From assembly GCF_001194135.2 (NCBI RefSeq), contig NC_068984.1, positions 128,852,167 through 128,916,166 of the forward strand: a DNA stretch of 64,000 nt. Direction: 5' to 3'. This DNA is from Octopus bimaculoides (Eukaryota). The translations under genes and the position numbers were made by a program. The notes beneath the pieces were generated by a model, which was not told the origin of the DNA, ran no database searches, and saw only the letters and a list, made by a program, of their open reading frames with translations. Positions 53,188 through 64,000 of this stretch are shown here, one piece after another (position 1 is the first letter of the stretch; every line of letters begins with the position of its first letter).

Positions 53188-54711
53188 ATGAAAGTAATGT
53201 AGTGCTTTCATTTTCATCAATATATTTACGTTGAAAAGACTCATCTTGTGTCTGGTTGAAAGCAAGCAATAATTAATGAATGTTATAGTTTGTTAGGAAT
53301 GAAGTATTGAAGACTGCCTTTTATTGTTCATTTTATTTAAAGTATTATTTCATCGACATCTTTGAGGTTTTTACTTCAAAGACAATGATAAAACAGTTCA
53401 TTTAATAACAGTTCGCGGAAAGTGAGATAAAGATAATCCCTCGACATCTAATGCAATTAAAAAGATGTACATTTAAAGTATTAAAAGATTAATATTGGAT
53501 TTGAAGTAAATTATGTCTCTTGCAATTATGTAGAGAAAGTAAAATAATTCGGAGCAGCAAAATCAAAATAGCTTCTAACTGATCGGCTGACTTGTTAGAA
53601 ATAACCACTTATTTTTTCTGAAATCGCACTATACAACCTTCAATAGCAAAAGATGGCTTGAAATAATGTAATCCTGGGTATCACTGAAAAAAAAAAAATG
53701 ATGGTCGATACTGGAGCACATTCCATCATATGCTTGTTCGTCTGGATTACTATCAACTAAGACAAGATAATATTAGAGGTGAGCTCAGTGACAAATCAAG
53801 TGTTTATCTGGTGTTTTATAAACAAATTCATTGGTTACTGATTTTGAACAGCCTCAGTAATGCAGCAGACATAGTTTCAATTTGAAGTGAAATAATTTCG
53901 TTCTATGAATCATATTACTTTGCACTTCACAATATCAAGCTCCTTCTCTCTCTCTCTCTCTCTCTCTGTCTGTCTGTCTGTTTGTCTGTCTGTCNNNNNN
54001 NNNNATATATATATATATATATCGTCAGAGGAACATATATACGAAAAAAAAGCACACTCTAAAGAATAGAGGAGTAGTGTATTTACAAGCGGTTAAAAAT
54101 ATGCTCTGTCCAATGGTTTCGCATCCATATATAGGCCTAGCGTTTATGGATGCGAAACCATTGTTCACTCTATGATCGGATATATTTTTAACTGTTTGTA
54201 TATATATATATATATATATATATAAAGTTGAATAAAAGTTTTATAAAACTTTGTAGTATCCAAATCAGAGTTCGTCCTTATTATTAGCAACTGAATGTCA
54301 TTATATAGTGGAAACGTGTTCATGTAACTGGGTATACATCTGGAATCCCATAGTATCCCTAGAGTTTATACAAAGAGATGAATAAGAAAAAATAGATTGA
54401 ATAACGTTTTTTATTTCATATCACTACAATTATTTCCCCACTCCATTACACCCAAGTTCCATAAGTAAGATGATATAATAGAACATTGCGTTATCACTAT
54501 CACAATCAAATATGTAAAATGTGATTTTTCGTGTGATAAATCATTTCTTTATAATATTTTGAAGCATTCAGAAGGCAGCGAGCTGGTAGAAACGTTAGGA
54601 CACCGGGCGAAATGCTTAGCGGTATTCTACATTTGCCTTCCTGTTTGTCTATCCATCTGTCTGTTTGTGTATCTATCTATTAATCTATCTATCTATCATT
54701 CTTTCGTTCTT

Positions 54712-54757
<46 letters not shown>

Positions 54758-55849
54758 ACTATCTACCTATTTAATTTTAACTCCCTGAAGAAAAACTTCT
54801 GCGCAAAACGTCAAACACATCTCTACATTTTTACTTTGAGAATCAAACTAAAAATTCTGCTTTGTACTTGTTTTGCCTTGCGTGTTCTTATTTTCGTCGG
54901 CAAGCTTGAACACATNNNNNNNNNNNNNNNNNNNNNNNNNNNNNNNNNNNNNNNNNNNNNNNNNNNNNNNNNNNNNNNNNNNNNNNNNNNNNNNNNNNNN
55001 NTATATATATATATATATATGCATGTATACGTATTCATGAAAAGTGAGGGAGGACTGGTACTTATACTGTGAACGTATAGAGAGAAGTCTTTCAGATTTA
55101 TCAAACTTTCAGATTTATCTTCAAACAATGGCGTCAGTAACAAAACTACAACATCAAAGAGAATATGGGGGTCTTGATAATTTAATCAACCAGCTGAAAA
55201 AGAATCAGTATATATCTCCTGAGTTTTCTCAGAACCTATGTAAATATAATTTGTTTCACTTTTAAAGTAACAAAGCTATCATTCACACGCACACACACAC
55301 GTGCGCGTAACGCTAAATAACAGATATCGTTGACTACGTAAACTTCGTTAAATACCGTCAAACAGATGATATTGTCTCCTAGCAATCGTGTTATGTGATT
55401 TAAAATAATTCTATAAATACCTAATTTTCTCTATTTTTAAAGATTATGTTAAATCTTTGGCGAGCAATTGTTTACTGCTAGCTTCCGTACGGTAAAGCAA
55501 TCCTATATTCTGTAGGGAAATTTATCGAGAAGTTTATTTAAAAGTTGATAGAAAAATCAGTTTCCTTATCAGAAGGCTTGTTTATTTTTTCGTTTTTTCT
55601 AGAGAGAGGTATAAACAATTCCATCTTGGTTAACTGTCCATTGTAAATTTGTCAAAGTCAGAAAATAATTTTTACTGTTATTCTGGCGTTCTACAGGTGC
55701 AGTAATCACACCTTTCTTATTCTAACACCAATCTCGAGAGATAAAAGTTCTCAATTCCAATCCATTCGGGTACTGGTTAACTATCATTGTAAATAAGGTA
55801 AAAGATAACGACCGGACATGAAGCTGATCGAATCGTCGTGTATAAGTAC

Positions 55850-56010
55850 TGGTTTCAAATTTTGGCGTAAGAACAGCAACTTCAAGAGGAGGGAAAAAAT
55901 CGATTATATCGACCCCAATGTTCATCTAGTACTTATTTTATTGACCTCGGAAGGGTGATAAACAAAGTCAATCATGGTGGTATTTGGACGGTTGAGCCAG
56001 CTCGCCACCT
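55850..56010 (-). mobile_element. SINE family A (diverged)
   Basis: tttcaaattttggcgtaag...cgattatatcgacccc...gtacttattttattgacctcggaagg...ctcgccacc. Confidence 0.7.
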
Positions 56011-56470
56011 TAATGTACATGTAACTATTAAAAAGTATATATATANNNNNNNNNNNNNNNNNNNNNNNNNNNNNNNNNNNNNNNNNNNNNNNNNNNNNNN
56101 NNNNNNNNNNNNNNNNNNNNNNNNNNNNNNNNNNNNNNNNNNNNNNNNNNNNNNNNNNNNNNNNNNNNNNNNNNNNNNNNNNNNNNNNNNNNNNNNNNNN
56201 NNNNNNNNNNNNNNNNNNNNNNNNNNNNNNNNNNNNNNNNNNNNNNNNNNNNNNNNNNNNNNNNNNNNNNNNNNNNNNNNNNNNNNNNNNNNNNNNNNNN
56301 NNNNNNNNNNNNNNNNNNNNNNNNNNNNNNNNNNNNNNNNNNNNNNNNNNNNNNNNNNNNNNNNNNNNNNNNNNNNNNNNNNNNNNNNNNNNNNNNNNNN
56401 NNNNNNNNNNNNNNNNNNNNNNNNNNNNNNNNNNATAAATATGTTTGTATGTATGTATGCATATATGTAT

Positions 56471-56547
<77 letters not shown>

Positions 56548-57909
56548 TCATGGATGGAATTTATATTTTAATGCATCTCTATGTGCATTTCCATAAATCA
56601 CATTCTCTCACAATCCTAGTCCGTATGCCTGGGATGATTACAGTACAGTCCGTAATATCCATGGGCATCGGGTGGATTATAGTATATATATATATAATAT
56701 ATATACGTATTTCATCTCTAAAAATGAGGTCAATTGTCCGAAAAATTATAGTATTAATATATTTGAAGCTTATTTGTCCTTAACTCAAACATTTTATCAC
56801 GAATAAAATTGCTTATATTTTAGTTTACAAACTAAGTCTGACTCTTGGTATTTCAGACGAAAATAACACAGCCGATAAACAAAAGGTGTCGTTATTAATG
56901 AGTTAAAGTTAATTAAAAATTGGCGTGTTATATTTGTATAGCTTGAAGACAAATGTTATAATAGATGAGATCTGCATGTTAATTAACTGCACTTGTATTT
57001 GCCTATGTTACATAATACAAGTTGAACATCTCTTTAAAATAGATTTCCCGAAAAGGGAATTGTGTATACTGAAGCAATATCAATAAATAATGAACAGTAT
57101 TAGAATAGACACACTTCTGAATAGAATTTTAATCAGAAAACATTTATTTTATTTATTTTATCGTATTGTAATTACTGATTAGTTCAGCTAATTTTGTTGT
57201 ATCAGTTTTTACTCACATCATCTTGCGATACAGCTGGTAATATCACTGACGATATGTGTAAGTGTATCACAAGATGATTTGCGAATAACACTCAACATTT
57301 GCTTAACTGACCACGAATTATAGTAGGGCTTCAAATCTGAACTAGCAGCTTAACTTCATCTTATTGCAGATTAAAAACTTAAATACGTTGAGTATTGATT
57401 GTTTTAAATATTTGCTGTAGATAGATGGTAATTGATTCTGCAATAAAATATTAAAAATTGATCGAGGAAATATTGAAATATTCATAGTCTCTCGATTTTT
57501 TTTCACGGCAAAAATGTTTTTAAACATATCTTTAAAAATTTATTTCGAAGTTTTGTAGTATCAAAGTAAAACAATAAAAAATAAACAAAGTAATTTATTA
57601 CTGAAAGAATTTTTCTGCATTAATCTTCTTACATTCTATATCAGTTATTAAAGCTTTGTTAGATAATTCAGTCACACTAACATCTCATAACTGTTTTGGA
57701 ACAATTTCTTTTTTCTAATCAAAATTAAAAGGTTTTTACTTACGTGGCAATATCTATAATATTGTGTGCCAAAATCTAGATCAAAATATCACCTTTTTCT
57801 ATACAAACCAATGTAAATGATGAACCATCAAGTACGTTGAGTTAGAGAAGGATTTTATCCAGTGTGTGGACTGAACCAATTTGAGTTAACTGTAACAGTG
57901 TGAAAATTC

Positions 57910-58325
57910 AGAAGAATCAATGGAGGCAGTGAGCCAACAAGAGATCAACCTACGAGAGAGCTGAAATGAGTCAATGAAGGAGTTAGGTTAACGAGGGAGC
58001 TGAATCAAGGAGGGATTTGGGCCACCGTGAGAGGCGAACGAAAGAAGAAACTGATCTAACGAGAGAATTAAATCATCAAAGGAACTGAACCAACGAGGAA
58101 AACAAACTATTGAGTTCATCATCAATCTGAATCAATAAGGGAGGCGATTCCATGAAAGAGTAGAGATTAGGAGAGAGAAAAATCAATGAGAAGCTGAACA
58201 AATTAAGTTTGATCAAGGATTCGGCTGGGCTAATGAGTGAAGTGAGTCAATATGGGAGGTGAGATAGTGCAACGAGTCGGCTGAGCAAACTATGAATCGC
58301 GAACTGAGCCAACGAAAGAATTGAA
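57910..58325. repeat. Cryptic 17-bp minisatellite, approximate consensus TGARYCAACGAGRGARY
   Basis: Units start in exact 17-bp phase at 57967, 57984, 58001, 58018, 58035, 58052, 58069 and 58086. Confidence 0.8.
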
Positions 58326-58793
58326 TTGTAGAGTGAGTATAGATAACGAGTTAGTGATCTTCTACTTGGTCTTTCAACCTGCAAGAAATAGGACCGGAAA
58401 CGCTTTCAAGATAGACAATTCCACATTAAAAGATATTAAATATGGTCACAATGATTGAATAAAGGAAGGGATTGTCACAGCTCTAAATACCATTTTAATG
58501 GCTTAGTCTAAGGCGAAAGAGTAACATCTATACCTTTTCAACGTTCCTGCGACCTGTATGAATGAATGAGAAGGATATAAGTTACTTTTTAGCAAAACAC
58601 CTGAATGCTTCCAACAGAGTGCATAACACCAAGTACTCAATAGCCAGATAGTTCTAAATCTGCTCAACCACAGCTTTCCTAGAAATGAAAAAATACCACC
58701 ACCACTGTCACAGTTAGCACAACGATGACGACGACGACGACGACGACGACCACCACCACCACCACCACCACCACCACCACCACCACCACCACG

Positions 58794-58825
<32 letters not shown>

Positions 58826-59576
58826 CGACGACGACGACGAAGATGACGACAACAGCAATTTTTCCGATTGTTTTTGATTAAGGAAAGTAATGGGCTATAG
58901 CACCATTCAAACAAATATAACTAGTTGTCTTACACCAGTTACCATTATCCACCAGTTTGTAGAATCGCCTGTTAAATTTTACAGAGCAATCTTTTACTAA
59001 TTACCTCTCACAATTATACGCAAATAACAACAAAAATTGTTTAATGATAGATTTGAATATAATAGCATGAAATATTACGCATCAAGGATGTAATTATTTG
59101 ATTATTAATAATGAGGGATTGGTGGAAAATATAAGGACAGAGGTAAATAGAATTTTGTGGCGGTGGGATAGAGGTTTTCTGATTATGGAAACGTAATAAA
59201 CAGCGAAAAGACAGAAATCAGGAAGTGAAAGAAAAGTTCAAGGATAGGAAGATAGATAGATAGATAATAAATAAAAGAGTGAAGAAGTGAGGAAGTGAGA
59301 GAGAGACAGAGGGAGAGAGACAGAGAGAGAGACAGAGAGAGAGAGAGATAGATAGAGAGAGAGAGACAGAGAGAGAGAGAGAGNNNNNNNNNNTATGTAT
59401 GTATGTATGTATGTATGTATTCACACACGCACACACAACACACTCATAAAGAACTAAATATCGTACAATATAAAATACATCTAAAAAAATAAACTTTAAT
59501 TTCTGAATGTAATTAACTATTGAAATTCTAATTTCCGATATCGTAACTACATGATGATGATGATGATGATGATGAC

Positions 59577-59612
<36 letters not shown>

Positions 59613-60124
59613 AATGGTAGTAGTGGTGGTGATGATAATGGTGGAGGTAGTGGCGGTGGTGGTAAAGATGGTGATGACGACGATGAAGCTGAGCTTGATT
59701 GATGATAATAATACTGATAATTGATCTGAGAGAGGTTATAGTAACAGCCAGAAAATACACTCGATATGAACTATTGCAGGTTGTTGGATTTGTTGTTTTA
59801 TTATTGCTTTTTCTTGTATCTTTTATTTTTGTTTTTGTTGTTTTTGTAGCTCCAAATCCATCTTGCCGTCCAGTTTTAGAACTATATTCTTGTGTGCTCT
59901 TCCTTTATTTATGACGAAACAATACAATTTGAGGGAGTCTTTTACTGCTACTTCTAACACGTAGAGCTAACACAATTATATTGTAACCTTATTCAGCAAT
60001 CCCTCCAAACAGCTTTCTTTCATTATATGCAAAATCACCGCCTCCCATAAATGAATACATATCGTTTCTAGAATCGTGGAGGGTTTACAAGTGTTTGAGA
60101 TTAGTGAGCAACTTCTAATTGCGT

Positions 60125-60275
60125 TCTCTCTATACGAATGCGATGCCCAGATGCATCTGTTCAGATCAATGGAGTTAAGTCGAAAGCTTTCAATGAAGCC
60201 ATTGAAGTTCGGCAGGAGTGCGTATTATCACCTCCCCTTTTCATAATTTTTATGAACTGGATTGACATGCATGAT
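60125..60275 (+). mobile_element. Reverse transcriptase fragment (RTE/CR1-type LINE)
   Basis: ASVQINGVKSKAFNEAIEVRQECVLSPPLFIIFMNWI matches the RT motif S..F....GVRQGC.LSP.LF.IFM(D/N). Confidence 0.8.
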
Positions 60276-61984
60276 TTTATGAACTCCTTCAGCTGTACTA
60301 AGTTAACAAAACATTTTCTAAGTGAATAATATATGAAATATTTCATTAGTTGTTTGTTGCTGACTCTTAGACGAAAGTAAGCTCTAATCAAGCAGATTTA
60401 TAGTCAATGACGTCCTAACCATGACTATCCCTCACGGAAGACACAGTATATCCAAGACTACATTATCCAATATGTCCTTCCATTTTTTAAGACAGAAAGG
60501 AATTATATAAGAGAGATTTGACTGGTGCTTCTAGCAGAGCAAGTGCCCGCATTGAGATTCCCGCGTTAGCTTACCTAATCTTCCATAAAGGTAACAGGTT
60601 CACACCAACACAGACTTTCATAGGCAAAACAGCAAGGAATCGAGGATGAAGCGAACCATTTTAGGACCAAGATGTGAATTGCAAGCACAGAAAAAAAAAA
60701 CCCACTGGAAGCATAATTATATCCAGAAAACTAATGAGTCTTTAATTTTACAAATTTATAAATAAGCACGCAATCACTGTAAGCTGTATTAACTAAACTA
60801 TTTTATGTCTTAATTAACGAGACTCTTATAGCGAAATACTGAAGACCCCCACAAAGTATAATGTTTAATATTTAATGAAACTTCTTACGTTCATCGTATC
60901 TTAATGAGAAAGCTAGTTCTGCTTTGTTTAGCAAACTTTAAGCAAGTTGGACCGGATTGATGATGCAGTAATTTTATACTGGTTTGCAATATCATTATCC
61001 GCAAGTCAAACACGCAACAATATCTGGCATAAATGTAACCTTGACAAGCGATAAAAACAGCGATGTAATTTTAATGCGCCATTCCTGAAAAGTAGAATCT
61101 TATTCAATATCTTCATAGGATATATAAATTCCAAAAATAGATAAACTATATTTGGACATCAAAATGTTATTCATTTGTAAATGAATTAACTCGAAACGCA
61201 AGGAATCAGAACAGGCATTGTAACAAAAGAAGTTTCGTATATTCGTAGTTTAAGTTCATAATTTTGTAAATATCGAAACGTGTTAGGCAATTGATCCATA
61301 CGACTGAAATATTCTGTAGTATTTTCTCTCATTGATTTTAGTTTCTGTTATTTTAGTATTGGAAAATTAACTGTGCAGTAGTATTTTTTTTTTTTTAGTT
61401 GAGTTACGAACAATTGCATCATTGATTCAAATCTGATATTAATAAGATTAGAGGTAACAGCTTCACTCGGCTCTCGCACTTGGAAATTCAAGTCATTTAT
61501 GGATCTACTGATATCGGCCAAAAATACTAAATTGCATAATCATTCTGCTGTTCTACGTCGTTTTTACATCCATGTGAAACTGGAAGGCGATGATAAACAA
61601 AAAAGAACGTATCTAGCACCCTTACATACAAAAAGTAAAGAACAACAAAAAAAGAAAGAAAAGAAAATGGGAAGACAAATGTGAAATGTTTTTATGGTCG
61701 CCATCAATTAGAAGACATTATATATGATTTCTAACTCCTTGAGAATGAGTTTTACCTTCAACCTTAGTAACCTTTTGAGAACTAATTCCAAACTGTGGTC
61801 TCTCTCTGGTCGGTGGCTTTTGCATTGAAATAAATAAGGCCATAAAGTGTATTTGAGTGTCTCAACAAAGTGATTAAAGGTGGTTTTATATAATCTGTTC
61901 GTTGTGGAATAAAGCTGAAAGGATGTGGATCACTGGTAGCCGACTGAATCTTTGTTTACTAACATTGTTCACCTTATACTGAGC

Positions 61985-62290
61985 AGGCATGGCTACGCAA
62001 CCACGTGGTCTCGAGTTGAGTCCCATGTAGTGGAGTGAATTCACTAGATGGAAACTGTGTGGAAACCATCATATGTATGTGTATGTGCGCTCACGTGCAC
62101 CCCCCCCCCCCACGCTTGACATCTGGTGCCTCCCACTACTTGATAACCGGTGCTGGTTTGTTTACGTCTCCTTAACTTAGTGGTTCGGCAAAAACACTAA
62201 TAGATTAAATAGACTATTGAAAGTATTAAACCCTTCAGAGCAATGCCTCCAGTAGGACCGCTGACCTTTGACTGAAACAAATAAAACATA
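61985..62290 (+). mobile_element. SINE family B, near full length (diverged)
   Basis: caggcatggctacg...gttgagtcccatg...gatggaaactgtgtggaaacc...cttagtggttcggcaaaa...gactgaaacaaataaaa. Confidence 0.75.
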
Positions 62291-62529
62291 CAAGATAAAA
62301 ATATGTGACGTCTTATATATTTCTAAATCTAGTTGAGATAACGGAGAACTCTATCGATTCTTTGCAACAATTCTCCACAACTGACAACGATCTTTTTATT
62401 AATTGATTTAATATGTTATCTACACCTATCCTTTCATTTCGCCTGAATGCCAAACCATTTGCTTTCTTATTTCCATTAATATCTAGATGGTCTGGTATCC
62501 AAATCATTCTTACTTCTTATATTTTCGTT

Positions 62530-62725
62530 TTCCTGTTTCAGTCGTTGGACAACGGTCATGCTTGGACACCGCCTTGAAAGATTTAGTCGACCAAATCGAC
62601 CTCAGTAAATAGTTTTGTTTTGAGTCTGGTACACTTAATTACCAGCCTTTTTTGTCAAAACGCTAAGCTACGGGGAAGTAGACAAAGCAAACACTGGCTT
62701 TCAGGTGGTAGTGGGCATAAAGACA
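62530..62725 (-). mobile_element. SINE family B, 3' half; a 5' half lies at 63130-63245 (-)
   Basis: tgtttcagtcgttggac...catgcttggacaccgccttgaaag...gtcgaccaaatcgacctcagt. Confidence 0.78.
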
Positions 62726-62764
62726 CACGTGTACATACATATATACATGCATACATGCATGCAT

Positions 62765-62839
<75 letters not shown>

Positions 62840-62980
62840 GGAGGAAATTTTGACTGGCGACTGTTGGTGCTGCCATCTGCGATTGTTTTCGGAGTAAGAT
62901 GGAGAGAAAGAGAATTTGCTAAGAAATAGAAGGCTGGGAGAATTTTCCGTCAGGGGGAGAGAATCACTCAGGGCTTTTTC

Positions 62981-63017
<37 letters not shown>

Positions 63018-63414
63018 GCGAAGTCATTTTCTTATGGTTGAGAGAATATATGAAATAATATTTCCATAAATGCATCCTTTACCCATTTTGGGTGTCCTAG
63101 TAGCTATATATATATATATACACACGCCGGGCTACTTTCGATTTCTGTCTACCAGAAGACCTTGCTCGACCAAAGACTATAGTAGAAAGTGCCACCCAGT
63201 GGGACTGTACCCATAACCACATAGATGGGAAACAAGCTTCTTAATCACATAAAATGAGTTTCCCATTTTAAATTTGATTGTAACTAAATAACGAGAATTT
63301 TAAATACTGTTTGTGGCGTTAATTCATTAGATACTCGTATACCTCTTCGCATTAATAACTGATAAGCTCTCGCCTTCGAAAGTGAATTAGGCGTGTTAAC
63401 CATAAGGGGAATAC

Positions 63415-64000
63415 TTGTAAGATCTATAAAGTATTTCACTTTGTCTTTCATTTCATAGAAGCACTTGAGCCTGCGCCCTTTGCTTAACCAGGGAATCTTA
63501 GAATGGTTCAACAAATCACCACATTCGACTTCAAGGAATTTCGATATTTCTTGGTATTCTCTGTTGTTCAATAACTTATTTATGTAGCTAATACAATTTA
63601 TCATCTTTTCCATCACCTTATTTAAGTACATAAACGTTGGTGATGAATATTAAGGTATTAAGGCATTTATTTAAACATCCGAGTGAAATCAGAATTCTAT
63701 GGCAGACACTATTAAAATCATGTTGACTGTTGTTCAATTTTTTCTTGGTTAAAGTAACAACTGTTTTTTGAGATCTTAACATAGATGGCGCTCAGTTCGT
63801 AACTACGCCTCTCAGATTTTCGCAGACTAAATTTGTTTATTCAACCTCATAAAACAGATCTTCACTAGGTTTGTCCCATGTATCTGTTTGAAAGAAATAT
63901 TTTTCCTATCGTAAAGTTTGCCTTTATCCCACGTACAAATATATCGCTTTTACAATATATGCAGTCTTGTCTGCAGCTATCGAATAACGCACAAATGTCA
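63415..64000 (-). pseudogene. hAT transposase remnant (Charlie/SPIN/GTF2IRD2-like), continuing beyond the window
   Basis: Frameshifted pieces YSIAAD, IFVRGIKANFTI, EDLFYEV, LRGVVTN*APSML, IHHQRLC and LNNREYQEISKFLEVECGDLLNHSKIPWLSKGRRLKCFYEMKDKVKYF match YSIALDES, IFVRG, TTDGAPSM, CIIHQ and GDLL.HTEVRWLSRG.VL.RFY. Confidence 0.85.

Noticed and set aside
53003-53191. PolyQ-polyL ORF
   Set aside because: Compound trinucleotide repeat with no splice or domain context supporting coding.

Overview
AT-rich eukaryotic genomic DNA from a gapped draft assembly (about 21 N-runs), dominated by di-, tri- and tetranucleotide microsatellites and dispersed repeats. The repeat repertoire looks coleoid cephalopod, most likely Octopus; this is my recognition of the SINE families, not a database result. 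Almost every ORF in the supplied track is a microsatellite or N-gap artefact. The recognisable protein-coding remnants are all dead mobile elements: a mariner transposase pseudogene (30753-31651, -), a second mariner 5' fragment, a rosa/DD41D-like Tc1/mariner fragment with an internal triplication, a hAT transposase remnant, a Helitron Rep fragment, an R4/Dong-like LINE, and RTE-like LINE pieces. Many copies of two to three tRNA-derived SINE families are also present. No host gene can be named. A stop-free minus-strand exon candidate runs off the left edge, and a few other splice-bounded exon candidates exist. I found no complete novel gene system. The best leads are structural: (1) a TTAA-flanked piggyBac-like element holding a three-junction templated rearrangement that includes a ~1.2 kb copy of sequence from 7.4 kb upstream; (2) a GG-ended, 8-bp-TSD element carrying (CCCTAA)n, nested in a LINE whose reading frame rejoins exactly; (3) an inverted 13-codon paralogous pair with mostly synonymous differences that could act as an ADAR editing duplex over a putative exon.
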